Source: Treponema sp. | GTDB lineage: Bacteria > Spirochaetota > Spirochaetia > Treponematales > Treponemataceae | NCBI GenBank assembly: GCA_024691265.1 | Contig: JAILNT010000161.1 | Span: forward strand, 1-46,178 | DNA: 46,178 nucleotides | Direction: 5' to 3' | Shown here: positions 1-9,161 of the stretch, piece by piece | Layout of the letters: each line of letters opens with the position of its first letter | Position numbering within the stretch: position 1 is the first letter of the stretch | Position numbers and translations under genes: made by a program | Notes under the pieces: model-generated | What the model saw: the letters and a program-made list of their open reading frames with translations, nothing else | What the model was told of the DNA's origin: nothing | Database searches by the model: none

Positions 1-677
1 TCAATAAAATCATGTATAAATGGGTCAAGTGTAAGAATTTTTAAGTTTGCTTTTTCAACTCTTTTATCTGCAAGAATATTATCTAGTAAGAGTTCCATAT
101 TTATACCGTCTGCATAGCAAAGCGACATATCAGTCATCATAAGAACAATACGAGGTTTTTGCAGCTGATTTTTATCAATAAGGTCTTTTAATTTATACTT
201 GAGTAAAGAAATTTTTTCTCTATTAAATCCTACTGCAGTTTCTATGAAAATTATATTATTATTTATATGAACATCAATTATAGCAGGTGTAGTATCGATA
301 GCGAAACCTGTTTTTAACGAACGACCTATCGATTCAAAAAAAATATCAAACTTTATAGGTTTTGTAAAATATTTTAATACTCCAACTTCCCTTAATGGAA
401 CAACTATTTCACGCTTTACTTCAGGACCAGCGATAATAACAGGTATTCTATTTGCATTAGGGTCATTCTTTTTTTTATCAAAGAATTCAGCAAGTTCTGC
501 AAAATCTGTAATAGCATCAAGATTTATAATAGCCAAATCTGGAAGAATAGATACAATCTTTGGAAAAGCATCCCTTTTTCCTTCTGTAATTTCAACCTGA
601 ATACCTTCCGCAGTAAGTTTTTCTTTTAAAAATTCTTGAAACATTAATGATGCGTTTATAATTAATACTTGCTTCAT
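1..677 (-). CDS. Response-regulator-like protein (atypical receiver domain followed by a STAS-like region); runs off the window edge
   Basis: Manual translation from ATG at 677: MKQVLIINAS...ILPDLAIINLD...RIPVIIAG...KYFTKPIKF, a receiver-fold pattern. Open to position 1; absent from the ORF track because it is truncated. Confidence 0.7.
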   Translation of the reverse strand, partial: MKQVLIINASLMFQEFLKEKLTAEGIQVEITEGKRDAFPKIVSILPDLAIINLDAITDFAELAEFFDKKKNDPNANRIPVIIAGPEVKREIVVPLREVGVLKYFTKPIKFDIFFESIGRSLKTGFAIDTTPAIIDVHINNNIIFIETAVGFNREKISLLKYKLKDLIDKNQLQKPRIVLMMTDMSLCYADGINMELLLDNILADKRVEKANLKILTLDPFIHDFI

Positions 678-767
678 AAGTAACTATATACTAACTTAAT
701 AAAACTAGATTTTCAACAATAAAAATATTTATGGAATCTTTTTTATAAGTTTTTTTACGGAGGTTTT

Positions 768-1418
768 ATGAGTTTTACAAAATCTGTTGTGGTATTTCTT
801 TCAGAAGGTTTTGAAGAAATAGAAGCAGTATCTCCAATTGATTATCTTCGCCGGGCAGGCTGTTCTGTAACAACGGTAAAGGTAGAAGCTGTAACTAAGG
901 CTGCTATCTTAGAAGGTAAACACATATCAAATGATAAATATGCTGTTAGTGCAGCTCATGGAGTAACTTTTATAGCTGATACAAGTTTAGATGAATATCT
1001 TGCTAATAAAGAACTTCCTGACGCAGTATTTATCCCGGGAGGAATGCCTGGAGCAACAAATATTGCCGCAAGTGAAAAAGTATGTGACTTTCTCAAGAAA
1101 ATGTTCATGGCAAATAAGCTTGTTACAGCAATATGTGCAGCACCAGTAGTTGTACTTGCTAAATGCGGTATTCTCGCTAATAAAAATTACACGTGTTATC
1201 CAGAAATGGAAAATATGCTTGAAAACTTCTGCGGCAAAAATTGGAAGGAGTTAACAGAAAAAGCTATACATCATAAAGATAAAGCTTTTGTAACAGATGC
1301 TAATCTTGTTACAGGCAGAGGTCCTGGAGCAGCAGAAGAATTTGCGATGGAAATAGTTCGTCTTCTTTGTGGAGAAGAAACTGCTAAAAAAGTTCACGAT
1401 TCAAGCTGTCAAAGATAG
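768..1418 (+). CDS. DJ-1/PfpI (ThiJ/YajL) family protein
   Basis: GFEEIEA, PGGMPG, AICAAP nucleophile Cys and TGRGPG motifs; GGAGG SD upstream. Confidence 0.92.
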   Translation: MSFTKSVVVFLSEGFEEIEAVSPIDYLRRAGCSVTTVKVEAVTKAAILEGKHISNDKYAVSAAHGVTFIADTSLDEYLANKELPDAVFIPGGMPGATNIAASEKVCDFLKKMFMANKLVTAICAAPVVVLAKCGILANKNYTCYPEMENMLENFCGKNWKELTEKAIHHKDKAFVTDANLVTGRGPGAAEEFAMEIVRLLCGEETAKKVHDSSCQR

Positions 1419-1554
1419 GCTTATAATTATTAACTAGCTTTTTTCAAACTCTATATCAATTCCCCTTAGAGGGGAGTTGATATGGGGAAAATATTTAATA
1501 GAACATAAAAAAATACCCAGAATATTAATCGGATTTATAACATTTTATTTCTCG

Positions 1555-1583
1555 TTGACGAATAAATGCAAAAAATATATTGT
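1555..1583 (+). promoter_or_regulatory. Putative sigma70 promoter of thrS
   Basis: TTGACG-N17-TATTGT about 40 nt upstream of the thrS ATG. Confidence 0.5.
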
Positions 1584-1624
1584 ATAAGAACTTATTTTTT
1601 TTTAACAAAACAGGTGGTATTTTT

Positions 1625-3388
1625 ATGGCAGTTGATGAAAAATTACAGACAATGCGACACAGTTGTGCACATGTAATGGCAGAAGCTGTACTTAGACTTT
1701 TTCCAGGTACAAAAATTGCAATCGGTCCTTCTATCGATAATGGATTTTATTATGACTTCGATTTTACCACCACCACCGCAGACCATAAACTTTCTGAAGA
1801 AGATTTCCAGAATGTAGAAAAAGAAATGCGTAAGATAATTCAGGGAAATCATGAATTCGTACGCAAAGAAGTTACAAAGGCAGAAGCACTTGAACTTTTT
1901 AAGGACCAGCCTTATAAGGTTGAGCTTATAAATGACCTCCCAGAGGGAGAAACTATCACAACATATGAACAAGACGGTTTTCTTGATTTATGTCGTGGTC
2001 CTCATGTTGCAACAACAAAGGAAATTAACCCTCAGGGCTTTAAGATTATGAAGCTTGCCGGAGCATATTGGAGAGGCGATGTAAAGCGTCCTATGCTCAC
2101 TCGTGTTTATGCAGTTGCATTTGATAAGCCAAATGATTTGAAAGACTATCTTAAAATGCTTGAAGAAGCTGATAAGAGAGACCATAGAAAGCTTGGTACA
2201 GCCCTTGACTTGTTCCATATAGACCCAGAAGACCCAGGTCAGATTTTCTGGCATCCAAATGGATGGACAATGTATGTAACATTGCAGGATTATATGCGTG
2301 ACAAGGTTCGTAAAGACGGATACCAGGAAGTAAACACTCCTGCAATTATGCCTCGCACTTTATGGGAACGTTCAGGACACTGGGGACATTATCAGAAAAA
2401 CATGTTCGTAACAGAAAGTGAAAAACTTGATTTTGCTATTAAGCCTATGAACTGTCCTGGTGCACTTGAAATTTTCAACTCTCGTTCTCGCTCTTACAAA
2501 GACCTTCCTTTAAGACTTGCAGAATTTGGACATTGTGCAAGAAATGAACCTAGCGGAACATTACATGGTATTATGCGTGTTCGTGGTTTCGTTCAAGATG
2601 ATGCTCATATCATTTGTACAGAAGATCAGATTGAAAGTGAAGTTGAAAAGTTCTGTAAACTTCTTTTAAGTGTTTATAAGGACTTCGGCTTTGATAAGAA
2701 TCTTCTTGTTAAACTTTCTACAATGCCTGAAGACCATGTTGGAGACCTTGCTACATGGGAACATGCTGAAAAGGCTTTAGGAAAAGCTTGTAATGCAGCT
2801 GGTATGGAATATGAAATTCAGCCTGGGGAAGGTGCTTTCTACGGTCCAAAGCTTGAATTTACTCTTATAGACGCTCTTGGTCGTCAGTGGCAGTGTGGTA
2901 CAATTCAGCTCGACTATCAGCTTCCATCTGCAGAAAGATTGAACGCACAGTATATTGGTGCAGACAATCAAAAGCATCACCCAGTTATGTTGCATCGTGC
3001 TGTAATGGGTTCTCTTGAACGCTTTATGGGTATTCTTATCGAAAACTTTGCTGGAGCTCTTCCTGCATGGTTACACTTTGAACAGGCTGCAATCGTTCCT
3101 ATCAACCCAGAATTCAATGAATATGCTCAGAAAGTTGAAGATGCATTACGTTTAGTAGGCATAAGAGCTAATGCATATCTTGATGATGGAAACATGAAAA
3201 CTAAGATTAAGACTGCAAGCCAGAAAAAGACTCCTTACATTCTTGTTGTAGGTGCAAAGGAAGCTGAAGAAGGTAATGTAGCATGTAGATTCAGAGCTTC
3301 AAGTGGACTTCCACAAAAGACATTTAAGCTTGAAGAATTCCGTGATTATGTATTGAATAAGGTTGCAACTCACGATATAAACATCTAA
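1625..3388 (+). CDS. thrS: Threonine--tRNA ligase (short form lacking the N-terminal TGS domain)
   Basis: RHSCAH and DLCRGPH editing motifs, [33 protein letters not shown]. Start moved to ATG 1625 after AGGTGG. Confidence 0.97.
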   Translation: MAVDEKLQTMRHSCAHVMAEAVLRLFPGTKIAIGPSIDNGFYYDFDFTTTTADHKLSEEDFQNVEKEMRKIIQGNHEFVRKEVTKAEALELFKDQPYKVELINDLPEGETITTYEQDGFLDLCRGPHVATTKEINPQGFKIMKLAGAYWRGDVKRPMLTRVYAVAFDKPNDLKDYLKMLEEADKRDHRKLGTALDLFHIDPEDPGQIFWHPNGWTMYVTLQDYMRDKVRKDGYQEVNTPAIMPRTLWERSGHWGHYQKNMFVTESEKLDFAIKPMNCPGALEIFNSRSRSYKDLPLRLAEFGHCARNEPSGTLHGIMRVRGFVQDDAHIICTEDQIESEVEKFCKLLLSVYKDFGFDKNLLVKLSTMPEDHVGDLATWEHAEKALGKACNAAGMEYEIQPGEGAFYGPKLEFTLIDALGRQWQCGTIQLDYQLPSAERLNAQYIGADNQKHHPVMLHRAVMGSLERFMGILIENFAGALPAWLHFEQAAIVPINPEFNEYAQKVEDALRLVGIRANAYLDDGNMKTKIKTASQKKTPYILVVGAKEAEEGNVACRFRASSGLPQKTFKLEEFRDYVLNKVATHDINI

Positions 3389-3423
3389 GTTTTTTGAGCT
3401 TAAAACTAAAAAAACATCTTTTT

Positions 3424-3487
3424 AAAGTGCACTTCCTGAAAGTTTTTAATGAAATTAATTTTCAAGGAAGTGCATTTTTATTTTTTT
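3424..3487 (+). terminator. Rho-independent terminator after thrS
   Basis: AAGTGCACTTCCT...AGGAAGTGCATTT stem followed by a T-tract. Confidence 0.75.
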
Positions 3488-3557
3488 ATAAATATAAAAT
3501 ATAGGCAGGATATAAATAAAGCTAGATTTTTACAAAAAAATAACAGATAATAAATAT

Positions 3558-4976
3558 ATGGATTCTAAAGACAATTTCTCAGTTCAATTACTTCAGGCCC
3601 TGGATAATAAAAGTGCTTGGTTCGATTCTGTTGCACTTCCAAAATTATTAGAAAATTATAGACTTCATAGTTCTTGTGTAAGAAATATTTCTGATACTCT
3701 TGTGAAAAAGTCTCTGATTGCTCCTGATCCATATAAACATGATAAGAAAATTTCAGGCATAGTATGTCCTGATTCCGCAGAATTTTCCGAAGGAGACCGT
3801 TCTGCTGTTATTGGACTTCGTCTTTCTGATTACGATAGCATGCTTGATTTTTTATGCAATTATTTTAAATTTTCTGTTTCGAACATGGACAATGGTAAAA
3901 TTGCAAAATTAATGAGCTTGAATAATACTTTTTTATGGAATTCGTTCTCATTGAACAGTCCGAAAGCAAATACAAGAGGTCTTGCATCTTTAGTTGCTCA
4001 TGCAAAAACAGGTGCTGACCCTTTAACTTCAAGTTTGCTTAATGATAGCGTATCAAAGTCAGCAAAAGCGATTACAGAAATCAATAAAACTTTAACAGAA
4101 CTTGCAGATTTCCAAAAAGAAATGTACAAGGGACAAATACGAAAAAATGTATTTGAACACCCTACATTTGACCGAGATAATGCTTTTAAATCTGCTCAAA
4201 ATCTTACTGCTCAGATAAAAAAAATTATACCAGCTGTTCTAGGTAAAAAAAGTTTTAATGCCGAACTTGTTGGAGAGCTTGTTGCAGAGGAATTTGATAA
4301 CAACAAAGAAGAAAGAAGAAAGAATGTTCTTGAAAAACTTCGTGTTGTAGAAGAAAAGAAAGTAAAGAAGCAAAATCTGGTTAACACAAAAGACCTTTTA
4401 ATGGATACAATTAGTGTAATTGGTGCATTATCACCACAACTCACTTCTATAATAGAAAAAATCAAAGGCAATCATTCTATTCTTGAAAGTGAACACAATA
4501 CTTTATTTGATAAGATAAAAATTATTTTCAGAAAAGCCTTTAATTTACAGGAACCTCCTGTTATATATGAAGTTTTAGAGATGGATCAGGCTACTCATGC
4601 AAAAAGAAAGGTTTCGATTAATTACAATGATTTTATAGCAAATCTTGAAAGAAGAAACAGAGTATATACTTCATTCAATTCTAAAAAATCTCCTGGCTAC
4701 CAGAGAGTTTACAATATTGCTGACGATAAAATTCTTGATTTCATTAAAAAGCAGCTTTCAGAATGTCAGGCATTAAGTATTCAGCTTGCGGCATTAGATG
4801 AATATTTCAAGACCAAGCCATCTTCACAAAATAAAGTTCGAATCAGAGGTATAAAAATAGATTTGACAGCCATGAAAAATACTTTGATAAAAATCAATCA
4901 AAGACGGGCAGATTATGTTGCCTATATCGAAGAGCAGGCTCAGATGAAAAAACTGGGGATAACTGATGCTGATTAA
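3558..4976 (+). CDS. Hypothetical protein (472 aa, probably mostly helical)
   Basis: Long ORF with no recognisable motif; overlaps the start of the downstream OppA gene by 11 nt. Confidence 0.8.
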   Translation: MDSKDNFSVQLLQALDNKSAWFDSVALPKLLENYRLHSSCVRNISDTLVKKSLIAPDPYKHDKKISGIVCPDSAEFSEGDRSAVIGLRLSDYDSMLDFLCNYFKFSVSNMDNGKIAKLMSLNNTFLWNSFSLNSPKANTRGLASLVAHAKTGADPLTSSLLNDSVSKSAKAITEINKTLTELADFQKEMYKGQIRKNVFEHPTFDRDNAFKSAQNLTAQIKKIIPAVLGKKSFNAELVGELVAEEFDNNKEERRKNVLEKLRVVEEKKVKKQNLVNTKDLLMDTISVIGALSPQLTSIIEKIKGNHSILESEHNTLFDKIKIIFRKAFNLQEPPVIYEVLEMDQATHAKRKVSINYNDFIANLERRNRVYTSFNSKKSPGYQRVYNIADDKILDFIKKQLSECQALSIQLAALDEYFKTKPSSQNKVRIRGIKIDLTAMKNTLIKINQRRADYVAYIEEQAQMKKLGITDAD

Positions 4977-6555
4977 AAAATTATTAATATGTTTTTTCGC
5001 TTTTTTATCTATTAATTCTGTAATATTTGCAGAAAACAATGATGCTGATGAGACTGCTAAGGTTTTAAATATAATAGATTTTGCACATAGTTATAATCTT
5101 GACCCTCATACATCTGTATATAATTCAGAAGCAGAAATACTTACAGGTTTATTTGAAGGTTTATATTCTTACGACCCTGTATCGCTAGAACCGGTTCCAG
5201 CTCTTGCAAAAGAATATAAAATCTCAAGAAACAAACTTAGATGGACCTTTACTATAAGAGAAAATGCATTATTTAGTGACGGTAGTCCAATTACAGCAAA
5301 AGCTATAAGGGATTCATGGATAGCAATGCTTGCAAACCCTAATGCAAGTTTTTCTTCTTTACTTGATTGTGTAACTGGTGTAGAAGCATTCCGCAAGGGA
5401 AAATATTCTAATGAAAAGGATATAGAAGAAAAGGCTAAGAATGTTGGTATAATTGCAAAAAATGACAGGACTCTTGTTCTAACACTTACAAAACCTGCTG
5501 CACATTTAAGAAGCCTTTTATGCCATCATGCGTTTTCTGCAAAAGCTAAAAAAGATGGTGTTTTCAGTGGTGCTTTTGTTATAGAATCCTACGATGGAAA
5601 AAAGCTTGTTCTCAAAAAAAATGATAAATATTGGGATTCTAAAAATGTAGCTTTAGATTCTATTATTGTTAATCAGTCTGAAAATCCTGATGAAAATACT
5701 TATTTTTATAATATGGGTAAAACAGACTGGGTTACAGGTAATATTACAGTCAATAAACTGATAAACCAAAGAAATATAAATATATCAGCTGAATTCGGAA
5801 CTCAATTTTTATTTTTCAAAAATAGAGAAAATTCTATCTGGAATAATCCTGAGTTCAGAATAGCTTTGCTTACGGCTGTTCCATGGAATCAGCTTAGAGG
5901 AAAAAGTATTGTTCCAGCATCTACATTAATTTATCCTATTTCTCAATATCCAGAAGTTGAAGGATTTTCAGATACAGATGTAGATGAAGCTATTGAACTT
6001 ATGAAACAAGCTCGTATCAACGCAAACATACCTCTTGATAAAGAATTGCAATTATTATTTGCCATAGATGACAGTGATTACATGAAGGAACAGTATGAGA
6101 TTCTTTCAAAAGCATGGGAAGCTCTAGGTGTAAAAGTTATTCCTCAAAAAACTACTACAAATGATTATCTTTCAAACATTGCTTTCTGGAATGCTGATTT
6201 GTTTGCTTATACATGGATAGGCGATTTTGCAGATCCTGTAGCTTTTTTGGAGCTTTTCAGAACAAACTCTCTTTTAAATGAAGCTAAATGGTCTAATCAA
6301 GAATTTGATAAGATTCTTGATGATGCGGCTTTCGTAAATGACAAAAATGAAAGATATAAGTTATTTGCAAAGGCAGAACAAATTCTTTTAGACGATGGTG
6401 TTATTCTTCCTGTATCACACCCTGTTAGTATGCATGTAATTGATACAGCAAGAGTTGGCGGCTGGACTACGAATGCATTGGATTTACACCCTCTAAAATA
6501 TCTTTATTTGAAGAAAGCTCAAGTTAAAGTTCCAAATCTTGTTTATAAAAATTGA
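4966..6555 (+). CDS. oppA: Oligopeptide ABC transporter substrate-binding protein (family 5)
   Basis: Signal peptide; LDPH, LFEGL, PALA...WTFTIR...FSDGSPITA family-5 signature; WIGDFADP; AEQILLDD. Confidence 0.88.
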   Translation: MLIKKLLICFFAFLSINSVIFAENNDADETAKVLNIIDFAHSYNLDPHTSVYNSEAEILTGLFEGLYSYDPVSLEPVPALAKEYKISRNKLRWTFTIRENALFSDGSPITAKAIRDSWIAMLANPNASFSSLLDCVTGVEAFRKGKYSNEKDIEEKAKNVGIIAKNDRTLVLTLTKPAAHLRSLLCHHAFSAKAKKDGVFSGAFVIESYDGKKLVLKKNDKYWDSKNVALDSIIVNQSENPDENTYFYNMGKTDWVTGNITVNKLINQRNINISAEFGTQFLFFKNRENSIWNNPEFRIALLTAVPWNQLRGKSIVPASTLIYPISQYPEVEGFSDTDVDEAIELMKQARINANIPLDKELQLLFAIDDSDYMKEQYEILSKAWEALGVKVIPQKTTTNDYLSNIAFWNADLFAYTWIGDFADPVAFLELFRTNSLLNEAKWSNQEFDKILDDAAFVNDKNERYKLFAKAEQILLDDGVILPVSHPVSMHVIDTARVGGWTTNALDLHPLKYLYLKKAQVKVPNLVYKN

Positions 6556-6580
6556 TATTCACAAAAACGTCAATTATACT
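6552..6580 (+). promoter_or_regulatory. Putative sigma70 promoter of ackA
   Basis: TTGATA-N17-TATACT, with a second TATAAT at 6582-6587. Confidence 0.55.
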
Positions 6581-6620
6581 TTATAATGCTATCAACTTTT
6601 TTTAGAGAAGGACTTAAAGA

Positions 6621-7955
6621 ATGGTAATTCTTACATTGAACTGCGGATCATCTTCCGCAAAATATCAGGTTTACGACTGGGACAACAAAGATGTACTCGC
6701 AACAGGTGTTGTAGAACGCGTTACTCAGCCAGGTTCTGTTATCACACATAAGCCAAAGGGAAAGGACAAGTTTGTTCTTGAAAGTCCATGTCCTACACAC
6801 AAAGAAGCTATTGAATTGATTCTTAACGCTATTACTGACAAAGAACATGGCGTTATTTCTGACATGAGTGTAATTGGAGCTGTTGGACACCGTGTTCTTC
6901 ATGGTGGAGACAAATTCACAAAGTCTGTAAAGGTTACCCCAGAAGTTTTGGATACATTCCGTTCAGTAATTGGTCTTGGACCTCTTCACATGCCTGCAAA
7001 TATTATGGGTATTGAAGCTGCACAGAAAGTTCTTCCAAACGTTCCTCATGTTGCAGTTATGGATACAGCATGGCACCAGACAATGCCTGCTTCATCATAC
7101 CGCTATGCTGTTCCAAAGGAATGGTATGAAAAGTATGGTGCACGCCGCTACGGTTTCCATGGAACTTCATTCCTTTATACAGCAAAGAGAGCATCTGTAT
7201 TGCTTCATAAAGAGCCAAAAGACACAAATGTTATCATAGCTCATGTTGGTAACGGTGCTTCTATGTGTGCTGTTAAGAACGGCTGCTGTTTCGATACTTC
7301 AATGGGTATTACTCCTCTTGAAGGTCTTGTAATGGGTACTCGTACAGGTGATATGGATCCAGCTCTTCCATTCTACATTATGAGAGAAACAGGAATGACA
7401 GCAGAAGAAATGGATACTGCAATGAACAAGAAGTCAGGTCTTCTTGGTCTTACAGGAAAATCTTCTGACCGTCGTGACGTTGCCGACCTCGCAGAAAAGG
7501 GAGACAAGGATTGTCAGCTCGCAGTTGATATGGAATGCTACCGCTTGAAGAAGTATTTCGGTGCATATCTTGCAGCTATTGGCCCTGTTGACGCTATTGT
7601 ATTTACAGCTGGTGTTGGAGAACATTCTGCACTTATCCGTGGAAAGTCTCTTGAAGGTCTTGAATGGCTTGGTGTAAAGATTGACCCTAAGAAAAACGAG
7701 ATTTCTAATACTGGTAATGCTGAAACTTGTATTTCTGCTGATGATTCTAAGGTTAAAGTTTACGTTATTCCTACAGATGAAGAGCTTGTTATGACAGAAG
7801 ATGCTTTCGCTATTATGAACGGAACATATGATGTTCATACAAACTTCAAGTATTCTTTCCAGGATCCAAAGTATGTAAACAAGGCTCGTGAAGAAGGATT
7901 AAAGAAGGACCTTGAGAAGCATCCTGAACTTGCTTCTATTGTTGTTCGTCCTTAA
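6621..7955 (+). CDS. ackA: Acetate kinase
   Basis: [53 protein letters not shown]. Confidence 0.97.
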   Translation: MVILTLNCGSSSAKYQVYDWDNKDVLATGVVERVTQPGSVITHKPKGKDKFVLESPCPTHKEAIELILNAITDKEHGVISDMSVIGAVGHRVLHGGDKFTKSVKVTPEVLDTFRSVIGLGPLHMPANIMGIEAAQKVLPNVPHVAVMDTAWHQTMPASSYRYAVPKEWYEKYGARRYGFHGTSFLYTAKRASVLLHKEPKDTNVIIAHVGNGASMCAVKNGCCFDTSMGITPLEGLVMGTRTGDMDPALPFYIMRETGMTAEEMDTAMNKKSGLLGLTGKSSDRRDVADLAEKGDKDCQLAVDMECYRLKKYFGAYLAAIGPVDAIVFTAGVGEHSALIRGKSLEGLEWLGVKIDPKKNEISNTGNAETCISADDSKVKVYVIPTDEELVMTEDAFAIMNGTYDVHTNFKYSFQDPKYVNKAREEGLKKDLEKHPELASIVVRP

Positions 7956-7978
7956 GTTTTACTTTATCATAGAGTTTA

Positions 7979-8020
7979 TAAAAGCCCTGTTGGTATATAT
8001 CATACTGACAGGGCTTTTTT
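7979..8020. terminator. Bidirectional terminator between the convergent ackA and GH43 genes
   Basis: AAAAGCCCTGT...ACAGGGCTTTTTT. Confidence 0.85.
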
Positions 8021-8025
8021 GTTCT

Positions 8026-9009
8026 TTATAAACCAAAATGTTCAACAAGACGGTTATAATCATCTTGTGTTATTTCTAATACAGAACCATGTCTTTTTAT
8101 TGATTTTCCCATGTCATAACAATCTTTTTCAAGTTCTTTGAATACACCTGATTTTAAATCTGTTGAGACTATAGGAGCATAACCTGTATGTGCAAGAAAA
8201 TGGTCAGCTAAAAGACACCATGTTTTTCCATCAGGTAAAAGATAACAGGTTGGTCCTTCAACTCCATAAATTGCATCTAAATCACTACTTTTAACAGCTG
8301 TAAACTTTCCGTCTAAATCATCACCATAATCTATTTTTATACTTTTGGTTTCGCTTTCATCTTTTGATATTCTATAATACAATCCATTATCTTCTACAAT
8401 CGTAGTATCAATGATATGTGTATCCTTTTCTATGTATATTTCAGGACTAGTGAAAGTTTTGAAATCCCTTGTTCTGCTTTTATATATTATATGTTTAGAC
8501 TTTCCATTCTTTTTAGTCATAGAAGCCCAGAATACAAGGTAATTATCTCTTTTTGCATCATAAATTGCTTCAGGAGCCCATACACAGCCAATATTGTCTA
8601 ATGGAACATCATAAGTCCATGGACCTTCCCAATTTATTAAATCTTCAGAACTCCAAATAATCATACTTTTACTGCCTTTATCTACAGCTTGAGCCCACGA
8701 AGTTCCTTTTGCAATGCATAAATCAGTAGCCAGGATATAAAACTTACCATCGATTTTAGATTTTGTTATAAAAGGGTCTCTAACACCTTTTTCTCCTATA
8801 TCAGAAATTAAAACAGCCTTACTGTTATTCAAATCATGCCAGTTAAGACCATCTTCACTTACAGAAAAATAAACTTGCTCTCCGTTAGCTAAAGACTCTT
8901 TTGTAAAATGTGATAATAAATAAGCTTTTTTGCTATCCATAGAAAAACTTCCTTGCAAAATCATTGATATAAAAAGAATTGATAAGAGAATATTTTTTAT
9001 ATTACTCAT
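8026..9009 (-). CDS. Secreted glycoside hydrolase family 43 protein
   Basis: N-terminal signal peptide; RDP, WAPE, IDT, EGP and RHG five-bladed propeller motifs. Confidence 0.88.
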   Translation of the reverse strand: MSNIKNILLSILFISMILQGSFSMDSKKAYLLSHFTKESLANGEQVYFSVSEDGLNWHDLNNSKAVLISDIGEKGVRDPFITKSKIDGKFYILATDLCIAKGTSWAQAVDKGSKSMIIWSSEDLINWEGPWTYDVPLDNIGCVWAPEAIYDAKRDNYLVFWASMTKKNGKSKHIIYKSRTRDFKTFTSPEIYIEKDTHIIDTTIVEDNGLYYRISKDESETKSIKIDYGDDLDGKFTAVKSSDLDAIYGVEGPTCYLLPDGKTWCLLADHFLAHTGYAPIVSTDLKSGVFKELEKDCYDMGKSIKRHGSVLEITQDDYNRLVEHFGL

Positions 9010-9080
9010 TGTTTCATTATTACATGTAGTTCAATTACAGGTTAAACCTTTTTCTTCATTAATTAGCACAAAAAAAGCAT

Positions 9081-9113
9081 AAAAAAAGCCCTTACTTATT
9101 ATCGTAAGGGCTT
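9081..9113 (-). terminator. Rho-independent terminator after the hydratase gene
   Basis: Minus strand AAGCCCTTAC-loop-GTAAGGGCTTTTTTT. Confidence 0.85.
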
Positions 9114-9161
9114 AACATGCTATCTGCTAGGGGTATTTTTTACCCAATGAGATAAATTTGT

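Noticed and set aside
1419-1624. T-box leader for thrS
   Set aside because: No T-box consensus (AAUUNAGGUGGNACC-type) with antiterminator and terminator is present, and the likely promoter is only ~40 nt from the start. The AGGTGGT at 1612 is best read as the SD.
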